Origin: Candidatus Omnitrophota bacterium
GTDB taxonomy: Bacteria > Omnitrophota > Gorgyraeia > Zapsychrales > Zapsychraceae
Length of the DNA stretch: 64,000 bases
Assembly: GCA_035292445.1 (NCBI GenBank)
Contig: DATDQB010000020.1
Location: 27,484-91,483 of the forward strand
Direction of reading: 5' to 3'
Shown: positions 28,420 to 37,997 of the stretch, one piece after another
Position numbering within the stretch: position 1 is the stretch's first letter
How the letters are laid out: every line of letters starts with the position of its first letter
Notes under the pieces: model-generated
What the model was told of the DNA's origin: nothing
Database searches by the model: none
What the model saw: only the letters and a program-made list of their open reading frames with translations
Translations under genes and position numbers: made by a program

Positions 28420-30832
28420 GGCGCTGACCCATTTCGGTTAAGGGGGTTATTATCTTTTTTTCACAATCCAGGAAAACCTGTTCGGATTTCAACAGCCTCT
28501 CGTATATCAACTCGCCGCATCCGATCGCCGCAGGAATGCCGAATTCAGCGCAGCGAATGGAAATATGGGAAGCCACCCCGCCGTACTTGGTGATGATGCC
28601 CATCGGGCTTTTGGCAAAGATCCAGTCAAAGCCCGGGTCCGCGTTCTCAAGAAGCACAATATGGCCGCTCAGGTCTATTTCTTGCATAGTCTTAATGGTG
28701 TTAAAAGGTAAGAGCTTCCCCTGGATGTTCTTTTTCGTAATAAAATTGGGCTTTGCTTCATAGGGGGCAACAAAGTAAAAATCTTTAACCGATGCAATTA
28801 CAGGGGGAAGTATCACCAAGTCATACCATTCCCTTTCCTTTTTATGCCGATCAATGCTTTGTTGGATCATGTGCCTGGCATAATGGTGGTCGCCCTTTTC
28901 CGGATTCCTGAATTTCATGAGCGTCGGCAGATCCGCGTGGCACAGCTCTTCCCGCTTAAACCCCAACAGCTCACCCGCCTCGGCAATGAGCTCAAGCGCG
29001 TCGCTGAGGCTCTTGGTGAACTCAAACTTCGCATATTCCCGGTTTTCGGTCGCTGATCTGATGAAATTCAGCAGATCTTCTGCCTTACCGTTAAGGCCGC
29101 GCTCGCGCATAGCATCCGTAATCCGTTGATATACAGCCGGAGAGACTTCAAATTTATGGTCTGGCCGCTTTGTCGCTTTGGATGCGGCTTTTTGGCTAAA
29201 AAGGTGCGATGACTGGTCATAACGCGGCGTTGTAATGTCATAGGTCCCCGCGCGCAGATGGCCATAGCGCTTCAGAAAATCCTTTTTGGAAAGTTTTCCG
29301 TCCTGAAATAAATAGGAATCGTCATTAAACTGCGAGGCGACCGTACGGATGGAATTGAAAAAATCATGGTAAAAATCTTCCGTGATGACCCCCTGGTCCT
29401 TTAGACTGTTCAACAAACTTTTTGCAATGAATGCCAGCCTTGCCTGGCGAGAAAAAGGCAGCGTGCCGTATTTCTTGCAGTTTTGCAAGATATGGAATGC
29501 CGTATTCAATATTTCCCAGGGTGTCTTTTCCTGTTTCTCATGAAAGGCAATGATCTGCTCGCGCCGATCAGTAAGAAAACGGACCATATCAAGGTCTTCT
29601 TGGGAGATCCTTTGGTAATCCTGAAGAAGCCTCGCCGTTAAGCGCTTGATCGCCTGCTTAAACTCATCGATCCCCCCCCTTGTGAAACCCTCTTGCAGGA
29701 GAGCCTCGAGGGATCTGTCTGTCGAGAAATCATAACATGTCCAAAGGATCTCAAATTCCACCTTATCCTGAAGCGACGGATTCTTCTTTAATTTCCCTAA
29801 ATAAAAATTGATCAGCTTTTCTCTCAGATCGTCAGAAATGTCGACCGGTGTCAGCGAATTGAAACTGATGCGGGTATCGATATAGGGCTTTTTGGCAAAC
29901 GACACCATGAGCTCAGCGGGAAAAACATCATAATACCCAAGCGATGTCCTGGCCTCATGCCAGATCTCATCGGTGACAATGAAACTATAGATGGTATAGT
30001 CAAGCGTGTTGGGGCGGCTTCCGATGATCTCCGATGGGTTCCAATCCGGCATGTCCCCGAACACGGTCCCCTCCCCGGCCAAATGCGGTATCCGCCGGGA
30101 ATACCGATTGAACTTTTTGGCCATGTCGATGATCAGATGCTCGACAAATTCATCTTGAGGGATTTCCAACGCGCTGTTAGCCGCCAACGGCCGCACCTGG
30201 AAGATCACCACGCGATTGGACCGCGTGATCGCGAATTCAATATCAAGCACTTGGCCGGAAAATAATGCCTCGATCTCTTTAACAGCCCTCAATAAATTCG
30301 CCCATTTCTCCTCCAACTCGCTTCCATTGAAGTGGGATATATAAACCGTCTGGCCTTCCATGCCTCCTGTCACCGTGTCCGTCCTGCCGCTTCTCTCATC
30401 AAAATTAATGACATAATACGGCGCGTTGGTGCCGATCTGCCGGGTGAAAATAACGCCGCTCACGATGATATCCCGCGTCTGCGGCTGGATAAGGATCTGG
30501 TCATCCTTGGTATGGACTTTTGATTTGCTGTATGAGGCAACAACGCGTTCAACGGCTTCCCTGATATGCTCCGGCTTGGGCTCGACATTCAACTCGCTAT
30601 GAAAAGCTCCGGCCTGTGATTGAAGCTGTGTGTCCTCGGCGAAAGCGGAGCTGCGCACAATAAGTCTTTCCGATTTGAACCGCTCACAGACCGCTTCGAC
30701 CACTTTCTCTTTGCCGTTCACCCATTCATGGACGGTACAATAGAAAATGTCTTCGATCCGGGAGTTCTTTACCCTCGGTTTCAACCAGTTCAGCACGTTT
30801 GTTTTTGATAATCTTTCTATTTCAGATTGCAT
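28412..30832 (-). CDS. PEP-utilizing enzyme family, probable L-glutamine kinase (Cj1418-like)
   Basis: N-terminal ATP-grasp (IVRSSA..ED..SQAG, DIEFA, FQVRPL), MPDWNPSEIIG, YGHLRAGTYDI and C-terminal phosphohistidine domain ADPGFDWIF...GGVASH. Confidence 0.85.
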   Translation of the reverse strand: MQSEIERLSKTNVLNWLKPRVKNSRIEDIFYCTVHEWVNGKEKVVEAVCERFKSERLIVRSSAFAEDTQLQSQAGAFHSELNVEPKPEHIREAVERVVASYSKSKVHTKDDQILIQPQTRDIIVSGVIFTRQIGTNAPYYVINFDERSGRTDTVTGGMEGQTVYISHFNGSELEEKWANLLRAVKEIEALFSGQVLDIEFAITRSNRVVIFQVRPLAANSALEIPQDEFVEHLIIDMAKKFNRYSRRIPHLAGEGTVFGDMPDWNPSEIIGSRPNTLDYTIYSFIVTDEIWHEARTSLGYYDVFPAELMVSFAKKPYIDTRISFNSLTPVDISDDLREKLINFYLGKLKKNPSLQDKVEFEILWTCYDFSTDRSLEALLQEGFTRGGIDEFKQAIKRLTARLLQDYQRISQEDLDMVRFLTDRREQIIAFHEKQEKTPWEILNTAFHILQNCKKYGTLPFSRQARLAFIAKSLLNSLKDQGVITEDFYHDFFNSIRTVASQFNDDSYLFQDGKLSKKDFLKRYGHLRAGTYDITTPRYDQSSHLFSQKAASKATKRPDHKFEVSPAVYQRITDAMRERGLNGKAEDLLNFIRSATENREYAKFEFTKSLSDALELIAEAGELLGFKREELCHADLPTLMKFRNPEKGDHHYARHMIQQSIDRHKKEREWYDLVILPPVIASVKDFYFVAPYEAKPNFITKKNIQGKLLPFNTIKTMQEIDLSGHIVLLENADPGFDWIFAKSPMGIITKYGGVASHISIRCAEFGIPAAIGCGELIYERLLKSEQVFLDCEKKIITPLTEMGQRHA

Positions 30833-32069
30833 GCGATACCTTCTTGTTTCCGGTCACTTCAAAGACCTTCTCCCCCATGACTTCGGCCAGGTATTGTGCG
30901 ATCAACTGATTTCCTTTTTTTGTAATGTGGCCCCCATACAGATCCTCTGTATAAAAAGTCGCCAAATCCTGCTTAAGAATAAAATCGCTTAGATCAATGA
31001 CGGTCATCTCCTTGCCGATCTCTTGGTAGAATGGACGATAAGCAGATCCCCTCTTAAAATGCACAATACGCTTTAGGTCCATAAGCTGCGGTATAACGAC
31101 GATGACGGGCTGATGCCCGCGACCTTCGGCCCCGGCCTTGAAACGCATCAAAATGGATTTTAACAAAGCACAAGATTCTTTATCAGAATACATTTGATGG
31201 GCTTGATCGATATTACCCTCCATAATGATCTGAAACGGCCTGTTCTCGAGCGTCGAATTGGAACGCTTCACGGACCGCGCCAGAACCCGGACAATGAGGC
31301 TTGCGATCAGCCGGCTGTTCCTTTTAAAATTACGAAAATAACTTAGCGTGTAAGGAAAACGGAATTGCATATGCCGAAACTTTGAGGCGTAAAACCCGTC
31401 GTTTTTCCGAAGGTCTCTCAATTTCGGTTCCAGCTCTCTAAAATCCTCTTGTGTTTGCATCACGTTCGGTAAAAGCTCCAACTGTCCGTCTTTGAGCACG
31501 AACCTCGGCTTGAAAGCAAACGTGTTACCGAACTCCAGATAATGCTTCCAATACGACTGCACGCGGCAGATCGTCTCCGGGACAAAGGAGAATATAACAA
31601 TCTTCACCGAATCCGCCAGCTGCGTCCGCTCATAACGTAACAATGTTTGGTCAACCCCGTAATTTCCCACCCCGTAATTGGACACGCCGATACCTAACAG
31701 CTGCGTCAAATAGACCTGCCAAGTCTCGTCGTCATTGACCTGCCGGCAAAAATTGTAAGAATCCCCGAAGGTGGCGATTGTCTCTTCTTTATCCGCCAAC
31801 AACGGATTTGTCCTGCCGCCTTTGGCATCGATCGTGAACGTCGTACGAACGTCGCGCGCCTTTTCCGCGCCCGAGGTATGGGGCCTTCGCACCCATCCTA
31901 ACTGCCCATCGAAGCCGTGATTGAAAAACTTCTCCAACCCCTGCTTGTCCAAAGCCGGCAATTCATCTGCTTCCGTGATAAGCCATTGGAAATCCCTGTG
32001 CAAATATTTGATCAGCGCAATAAAAGCCACCTCAAGCAATATAATTCCTATTAGGATAGAGTAGATCAT
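30822..32069 (-). CDS. Membrane-anchored SGNH/GDSL hydrolase-like protein
   Basis: N-terminal TM helix, FGDSY, NYGVGNYG and C-terminal DLYGGH...GN. Confidence 0.7.
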   Translation of the reverse strand: MIYSILIGIILLEVAFIALIKYLHRDFQWLITEADELPALDKQGLEKFFNHGFDGQLGWVRRPHTSGAEKARDVRTTFTIDAKGGRTNPLLADKEETIATFGDSYNFCRQVNDDETWQVYLTQLLGIGVSNYGVGNYGVDQTLLRYERTQLADSVKIVIFSFVPETICRVQSYWKHYLEFGNTFAFKPRFVLKDGQLELLPNVMQTQEDFRELEPKLRDLRKNDGFYASKFRHMQFRFPYTLSYFRNFKRNSRLIASLIVRVLARSVKRSNSTLENRPFQIIMEGNIDQAHQMYSDKESCALLKSILMRFKAGAEGRGHQPVIVVIPQLMDLKRIVHFKRGSAYRPFYQEIGKEMTVIDLSDFILKQDLATFYTEDLYGGHITKKGNQLIAQYLAEVMGEKVFEVTGNKKVSHAI

Positions 32070-33154
32070 CGCTCTTCTTTCGCCAAAAGATGCCTGGCGC
32101 GGCCTCCATTAACATAATCCCATCGTAAAGGGCTTCCCTTTTTAATATTCTTGATAGCCTGCTTTCCCCAGAATTTATCGGCATATTTGGGGCTCAATCC
32201 ATGGCCGGGCCTGATGGAGCGGACATTGTTCTCATCAAACTTCTCGCCCTTTTTGATGTCCCTGACCGCAAACAACGACCGCCTGAAAACACGGCTTTTC
32301 ATTTCCTCTTGGCTAATGACGTTCTTTTCCTGGCCTAACGCTTTCTCCACAAGCCGGATATGATCAACCAATGTTTTCAGCTCATGCGGATCGATGGAAA
32401 AGAAACTATCCGGTGTCTTGTGCCGCTTCGATAGAATAAAATGCTTTTCAACGAGGACCGCCCCCAGGGTAACGGCAACCAATGCCATGTCGACCCCTAA
32501 AGTGTGATCGGAAAACCCAATGGGGCACTTAAATCGTTCCTCCATCGCCGGAATAGCGCGTAAATTCATCTCCTCAGGAATTGCCGGATAATTGCTGACG
32601 CATTTTAATAGAATGATCTCTTTTGCCCCTGCTTCGCGTGCCGCCTTAACAGCCTCTTCTATTTCCTGTTCGGAAGCCATGCCGCTGGACATAATTAATG
32701 GTTTCTTGGTCTTGGCGGCATACTTGATCAATGGTATGTCGACCAATTCAAAGGAAGAAATTTTGTGCGCCGGAACATTGAGATCTTCCAACAGATCAAT
32801 GCTCGTTTTATCAAAAGCCGATGAAAAAAAGCAGATCCCTTCATCGTCACAAACCTTTTTCAGCTTCTTGAACCAATGCCACGGGGTATAGCCCTTTTTA
32901 TAAAGCTGATACAAAGTTTGCCCGCCCCATTTGGGATGTTTGACCTGAAAATATTTGTTACTGCTGTTCAATGTAATGGTATCCGGCGTATACGTCTGGA
33001 ATTTCACCGCATCGGCCCCGCAGGCCTTGGCCTCTTTGATCATGTTGACGGCACGGTCGAACTTTTGGCCATGATTGGCGGAGATCTCCGCGACAATAAA
33101 TGCCGGGCAATTGTCACCTATTTGTTTATTGCCGATACGTATTTTTGTCATCAT
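32066..33154 (-). CDS. pseI: Pseudaminic acid synthase
   Basis: VAEISANH, KFQTYTPDTIT, W..QTLYQLY...TPWHW, SDHTLG and a C-terminal SAF/AFP domain (RRSLF, IRPGHGL). Confidence 0.88.
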   Translation of the reverse strand: MMTKIRIGNKQIGDNCPAFIVAEISANHGQKFDRAVNMIKEAKACGADAVKFQTYTPDTITLNSSNKYFQVKHPKWGGQTLYQLYKKGYTPWHWFKKLKKVCDDEGICFFSSAFDKTSIDLLEDLNVPAHKISSFELVDIPLIKYAAKTKKPLIMSSGMASEQEIEEAVKAAREAGAKEIILLKCVSNYPAIPEEMNLRAIPAMEERFKCPIGFSDHTLGVDMALVAVTLGAVLVEKHFILSKRHKTPDSFFSIDPHELKTLVDHIRLVEKALGQEKNVISQEEMKSRVFRRSLFAVRDIKKGEKFDENNVRSIRPGHGLSPKYADKFWGKQAIKNIKKGSPLRWDYVNGGRARHLLAKEER

Positions 33155-34611
33155 TTATCCTTTAGATAAACAAGCGCTTTGGACCTGACATTCTTGACCG
33201 TCAAATTCTTCCGGAACTCAAATCGGGCCTTTTCAAAGGCGCGGATCGAGGCGGCATTCTTTTCCTTTATGATCGCCGTCACGGAACGGATATCGCTTCT
33301 TTGCCTTAACAAACGATCGACACTGCGCGAAATGACAGATGGGCTTAAGCTCAACCCTCTGATAGAGGGATCCAAACTGATACTAATAACAGCGTCCTTA
33401 CGCGCAGGGTCCACTTGGAATCGGATTTGCCCTTGCACGTCTTCTTGACCGTTTAAAACATAGAACATGCAATTCTTATCCTTTAACTTTCCGTCAAACC
33501 ATTTCAAATGCTCATTCCAACGAATCTTGCGGGTATTCGATGAATTGGCCCGGGCCAAAGGATCATTGGATATTTGAAATATCCTTTTAGCATCCTCATA
33601 TCGGGCTTTTCTCAACTGGAATCTACCCTTATAGTAATGGAAAAGTACATCCTGAATGATCCGCCTCGCGCCAAGGCCATCCACCAACGATTGTCCTTTA
33701 AAGGACCTTTCCCGTCGAATGGCTTCACTCTTATAGGCCAACAAGGTCTCCTTAAGTTCATCCATCAAACGGGGATGGTTCGAGCGTCCAATATAGGCGA
33801 CGAACCCCAATCGTTCATACTTCTTGATGTTCGGTAGCTGATTGTCCGCCAAGCATAGAGCTATCGTTGGGACCCCCATGCCGGCCAGTTCGTTCAACGT
33901 TTGTCCACCGGCGGAAATGCACAGATCCACCTTGGCCATGAGCCTTCTTAGATCTTTTGCATTTAAAAAAGGATAGGCCCTGATGTCCGTGGACCGGCCT
34001 GCATGAACGGGGCCGATGACATGGGATTGTAACCCGCATTCTCTAACAACACGAATGATCCTATCCATCAGATCCCTGTTCCTGGTCCCTCCTAGGCTGA
34101 TCAAAATATGAGCCAAATCTTTACGAATATTTTTCTTCTTCTTAAGGTTAAAACCATTTCTAAGCATCGCATAACGCTGGCCAATGAGATATTGCAAGCC
34201 CTTGCGATTCCTGTACCCCACGTCCCTTTTATCGCTGATCGTCGCATTAATGACCGCATGCGCATCATAGGCCAGGCGATCATAGTCATCGAAGACAACG
34301 ACGAACGGCTTTCGGTCGCTGGCATAGAGTTGGCGATAGAACGCTAGCGGCGCCTGATAGGAATCGACAAAGACGATCGTATCCTTCTTTAAATTCTTCA
34401 ACACGCTGCGAGATCGCTTCAACCAATCGATCGATTCATAGGGGCATCCCGCTTCTCTCATATATTTTCGACCATAAGCATCGGCCCTGACGAGAAATCG
34501 CACGTTCATCTTAGGCTTAAACGTTGCAAACCCCTGGAAAAGGCTTAAGCACCTGCTTAAATGGCCAAAGCCCTGTTTCTTCCCGCCTTCTGTTAATATA
34601 CGGATGTCCAT
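33151..34611 (-). CDS. pseG: PseG-like UDP-diacetamido-trideoxyhexose hydrolase fused to a C-terminal GNAT (PseH-like) domain
   Basis: GFGHLSRC, VDSY, ISLGG, SAGGQTLNE, ADNQ and DGLGA, followed by I.WNEHLKWF, GQIRF and NAASIRAFEK. Confidence 0.85.
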   Translation of the reverse strand: MDIRILTEGGKKQGFGHLSRCLSLFQGFATFKPKMNVRFLVRADAYGRKYMREAGCPYESIDWLKRSRSVLKNLKKDTIVFVDSYQAPLAFYRQLYASDRKPFVVVFDDYDRLAYDAHAVINATISDKRDVGYRNRKGLQYLIGQRYAMLRNGFNLKKKKNIRKDLAHILISLGGTRNRDLMDRIIRVVRECGLQSHVIGPVHAGRSTDIRAYPFLNAKDLRRLMAKVDLCISAGGQTLNELAGMGVPTIALCLADNQLPNIKKYERLGFVAYIGRSNHPRLMDELKETLLAYKSEAIRRERSFKGQSLVDGLGARRIIQDVLFHYYKGRFQLRKARYEDAKRIFQISNDPLARANSSNTRKIRWNEHLKWFDGKLKDKNCMFYVLNGQEDVQGQIRFQVDPARKDAVISISLDPSIRGLSLSPSVISRSVDRLLRQRSDIRSVTAIIKEKNAASIRAFEKARFEFRKNLTVKNVRSKALVYLKDK

Positions 34612-34613
34612 CT

Positions 34614-35372
34614 CTATTTCCTTACAGGAATCCCCTGCTTTTCCATATCTTCTTTACATGTCATCGGTGTAATGCTCGTAAAATGAAAGATGCTGGCAGC
34701 GGATACGGCCGAGGCCCCTTGTTGGATCGCGGCACTGCAATCACTGGGGCTCGCCGCTCCTCCCGCCACAATTAAAGGAATATCCCTGACGATGGAGGCC
34801 GCATACCGGATCAGATCCAGATCGTACCCGCTCATTTTTCCGTCCAGATCCACGTTATTGAGCAATATCTCCCCGACTTTACAATATTCCATCAATATTT
34901 TAAGGACCTCTTCAAAGGTATAGCGGATCTCACGCCCCGCATGGGAATACAACTTATACTGGCCATCCTCCCCTTTTCGAACATCGATGGATGCGACAAT
35001 GCATTGGCTTCCAAAGACCTCGACCGCCTGTTTGACGACATCAATGTCGTCAAAAATAATCGTGTTCAGCGATACTTTATCCGCTCCCGCCTCCAACGCG
35101 TTGGCGATGTCTTGGCAGGACCTTAAACCACCCCCTACAGTTAACGGCATAAAACAATGGTCCGCAACAGTTGAAACGGTATGCAGGTCAATGCCCCGAC
35201 CCTTTTTGGAGGCGTCGATATCCAGTAAGATCAACTCATCAATGTTACGGTTGTTATACACCCTGGCCACCGTTATCGGATTGCCCAGATTGCGACGGAC
35301 ATCGAACTGGATCGTTTTAACGACGGAATAACCGTCCAACAGGACAAGCGGTATGACGCGGTGGCGCAACAT
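34614..35372 (-). CDS. hisF: HisF-like cyclase subunit of a glycan amidation system (WbuZ/HisF2-type)
   Basis: RVIPLVL, DELILLDI, FMPLTVGGG, GADKV and VDLDGKMSGYD. Start adjusted to MLRHRV (SD AAGGGG). Confidence 0.88.
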   Translation of the reverse strand: MLRHRVIPLVLLDGYSVVKTIQFDVRRNLGNPITVARVYNNRNIDELILLDIDASKKGRGIDLHTVSTVADHCFMPLTVGGGLRSCQDIANALEAGADKVSLNTIIFDDIDVVKQAVEVFGSQCIVASIDVRKGEDGQYKLYSHAGREIRYTFEEVLKILMEYCKVGEILLNNVDLDGKMSGYDLDLIRYAASIVRDIPLIVAGGAASPSDCSAAIQQGASAVSAASIFHFTSITPMTCKEDMEKQGIPVRK

Positions 35373-35374
35373 GA

Positions 35375-35986
35375 TCAATATTTCCCCTTGCAAAAATTTT
35401 CAAGTAACTTAAGCCCGGCCTTTTGGCTTTTCTCCGGATGGAATTGAAAACCTAAAATGTTCTCCTTTTGGACGCCGGCAATAAAATCCTTCCCGTAATG
35501 GCAGGTGGCCGTTTGGACCTTTTCATCGGGAACGAATTCGTAACTGTGCACGAAATAAAAACACGGGGCGGCCGGCATGTTATCAAATACAGGAAAATTG
35601 CCAAAACTCACATCATTCCATCCTATGTGGGGCAGCTTGACGCCGTTAAGGCTATGGCGCAAATGGGACACCCTTCCTTTAATAAGGTCCAACCCTTCGC
35701 TTGGCCCGCCTTCTTCCCCTTGGCTGGCGAGCAGTTGCATCCCCAAACAAATGCCCAAAATGGGTGTCTTATCTTCGATAACTCTTTTTCTGATGGCCTC
35801 ACGCAATCCCGTCGATTTTAAACGGCTTGAACCTTCGGCAAAACTTCCGACACCAGGCAAGATCATCTTTTCACAATTAATGACGTCTTCAAGACGATCC
35901 GACACTTTATGTTCCACGTTCAAGAACTTGAGCGCACGGCTGACGCTGGCAATATTGCTGATCTTTAGATCGATGACCGTGATCAT
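35375..35986 (-). CDS. hisH: HisH-like glutaminase subunit (WbuY-type)
   Basis: ILPGVGSF, GICLGMQ, PHIGWN, YFVHSY and QFHPEKS. Confidence 0.92.
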   Translation of the reverse strand: MITVIDLKISNIASVSRALKFLNVEHKVSDRLEDVINCEKMILPGVGSFAEGSSRLKSTGLREAIRKRVIEDKTPILGICLGMQLLASQGEEGGPSEGLDLIKGRVSHLRHSLNGVKLPHIGWNDVSFGNFPVFDNMPAAPCFYFVHSYEFVPDEKVQTATCHYGKDFIAGVQKENILGFQFHPEKSQKAGLKLLENFCKGKY

Positions 35987-37179
35987 TTATTAGGCTCCTT
36001 GAGCGAAACGGCCCTTACCATATCAAGCGATTCATCTTCAGAAATATCATAGCCATAATCGGTCTTCGTCAACCGGCCGTTCTCCTTAACTAAATTTCCC
36101 TTCGCATCGCAAACAAAAATCTTTTTGTTGGTGAACCGATCGAGCGTGGCCCAAAATTCTTCTTCCGTGATATTCAAATACTTGATGAAATCCAGAATAT
36201 ACCTCATGGGCAATTCGCCGTCATATTGGCGGGCAAGTCTTAAAGCCTTATCGCGCGATATATTGCCCCGGCGAATCTCCAAGCTGAGCTGGTCCGTTGC
36301 CCGGGAATACCCGTATTTTAGGAACTTCATGTAATCATGCAGGCCGCTGGCCCATTTACAGTCAAGGTTCTCGTAATCAAAATACGCGTTCTCGACGCGG
36401 CCGTAAGGGCAGGCCTTCCATCCCAATGATTTCATCATTTCCGCGTTCTTGGCGCCATTCCATGGCAGATAGTAACCAAGGAACAATCCCGTAACGCCGA
36501 CCTCTTTTAATTCCTTGTCGCTGGGATATTCAAAAGTAATCAAATCCTTGCGGTCGAACCCCTCTTCATAAAGATCCGATATCCGGTACCCGTACATCTG
36601 GAATTGTTCAAGCCAGTTGCGGTCCAAATAATTATTCTCCCGTTTGGCCGCCGGGCCGCCGTACTCGAACTGGGAATTCTCTCCCCAAATGACCAGCGGC
36701 ACTTTGTATTGGACCGCGACACGAATGGGTGCCGTAAAAATGCCGATATGCTCCGGCCAGCAACTATCACCTAGATCAAAAAATCCTTTGCGGACCATTT
36801 CCCGGTATGCTTTGCGGTTGGCCGATACGAACAGAACATCGAAACCAAGCTCCCGAAGGTACAATAAATTTTCTTTGCCATGCTCGGTCATTTCGCAAGG
36901 CACATGATTGACGCACAATGGGTTCATGCCGTATTTGTATTTCATCGTATAGGCCTGGAAACAGCTGTCCTTGCCACCGCTCACGGGAATGATGCAGTCC
37001 CACCAAGTCCCGTTCTTGTTACGGTAGCGCTCCAGGACCTCGATAAATTCCTTTTCGCGGCCGGCCCAATCAATTTCCTTTTTACGAAGGGCCGAACGGC
37101 AAGCGTCGCAAATTCCATGCTCGTCGAAGACCTGCTCGGGCCGCGTGTCCGGCATTATGCAGTTATTGCAGTATTTCAT
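35983..37179 (-). CDS. N-acetyl sugar amidotransferase (WbuX/PseA/WbpG-like)
   Basis: N-terminal CNNC..PDTRP..CDAC, PP-loop VSGGKDS, WGEN and LHDYMKFLKYGY; followed by hisH and hisF. Confidence 0.9.
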   Translation of the reverse strand: MKYCNNCIMPDTRPEQVFDEHGICDACRSALRKKEIDWAGREKEFIEVLERYRNKNGTWWDCIIPVSGGKDSCFQAYTMKYKYGMNPLCVNHVPCEMTEHGKENLLYLRELGFDVLFVSANRKAYREMVRKGFFDLGDSCWPEHIGIFTAPIRVAVQYKVPLVIWGENSQFEYGGPAAKRENNYLDRNWLEQFQMYGYRISDLYEEGFDRKDLITFEYPSDKELKEVGVTGLFLGYYLPWNGAKNAEMMKSLGWKACPYGRVENAYFDYENLDCKWASGLHDYMKFLKYGYSRATDQLSLEIRRGNISRDKALRLARQYDGELPMRYILDFIKYLNITEEEFWATLDRFTNKKIFVCDAKGNLVKENGRLTKTDYGYDISEDESLDMVRAVSLKEPNK

Positions 37180-37915
37180 TGTATTTGCGATCCGTTCTTT
37201 GCTTTGTCAGCTTTTCCAAATAAAAATTAGCCAAAAGGATATCATCCGGCGTGTCTATTTCCAAAGTATAGATCTTCTCTTTCTGGACCACCGGTATAAT
37301 TTCCTTGCATAAATAAACATGGGCCTTTCTGATCCCGATCGTTTCATATAGATTTTTTGCCCGTACCACGATGACGGAACCGTCCAATAAATAATGGTTC
37401 GAGAACTCCTGCCTTCGGATGGCGTACACATCGCTTTCAAGCGGTTGCAACCGGTTCTTTTTATTCGCCACCTTCATTAATTCCGGGCGTTGTTCCACCT
37501 CATAGCAAGTGACGCATGAATCGGCATCATCCGCTTCAACGAGTCGCTGAACAACCTCGTCAATAAGGCCCTGCGGCCGGAAAGGAACATTGGCCTGCAG
37601 CCAAACAACGATATCGGCGTTGTAATTCTGTGTTTTTTTCAAATGTTCCACCGCATGAAGCAGCGCTTCTTCAATGGGGGAATCGTCTTTCGCGTACTGG
37701 GCCGGCCGGTCGATCACCTCAACTTTGTAACGATGCAGGACATTTTCCTTAATGAGCGGGCAATCCGTGGAAATAACGACCTTATCGAGCAGTTTCGCTT
37801 CCAACGCCGATTCGATGGTGTAGCCGATAAGCGGCTTCCCGTTCAGGTCCATGATATTCTTGTTTTTGATCCCTTTACTCCCCCCGCGGGCGGGAATTAT
37901 ACCTACGATCTTCAT
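37163..37915 (-). CDS. Acylneuraminate cytidylyltransferase (NeuA/PseF-like)
   Basis: IPARGGSKGIKNKN, ISTD, LQANVPFR, DGS and EIDT. Start could be 37930. Confidence 0.9.
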   Translation of the reverse strand: MKIVGIIPARGGSKGIKNKNIMDLNGKPLIGYTIESALEAKLLDKVVISTDCPLIKENVLHRYKVEVIDRPAQYAKDDSPIEEALLHAVEHLKKTQNYNADIVVWLQANVPFRPQGLIDEVVQRLVEADDADSCVTCYEVEQRPELMKVANKKNRLQPLESDVYAIRRQEFSNHYLLDGSVIVVRAKNLYETIGIRKAHVYLCKEIIPVVQKEKIYTLEIDTPDDILLANFYLEKLTKQRTDRKYNEILQ

Positions 37916-37948
37916 ATTGTCTCCCGTCATTCTTTTTTTCTATTCTGA

Positions 37949-37992
37949 CGAGGCTCGCCCGCCAAAATTAATTTATTTTGGCGAGGCGGCCT
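37949..37992. repeat. Bulged REP-like hairpin, copy 1
   Basis: CGAGGCTCGCC-cgccaaaat-taattt-attttggcg-a-GGCGGCCT; shares its outer stem with 56527-56552. Confidence 0.7.
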
Positions 37993-37997
37993 ATTAT

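Noticed and set aside
28412-30832. PEP synthase, PPDK or a phosphonate pathway
   Set aside because: The phosphohistidine domain is C-terminal with no PEP/pyruvate-binding barrel after it, and no PEP mutase is in the window.
34614-35986. hisH/hisF as histidine biosynthesis genes
   Set aside because: No other his genes are present and they are coupled to N-acetyl sugar amidotransferases, which fits glycan amidation paralogs.
37931-37997. Rho-independent terminator
   Set aside because: In the transcribed direction the hairpin is followed by an A-rich, not U-rich, tract; recorded as a REP-like repeat instead.
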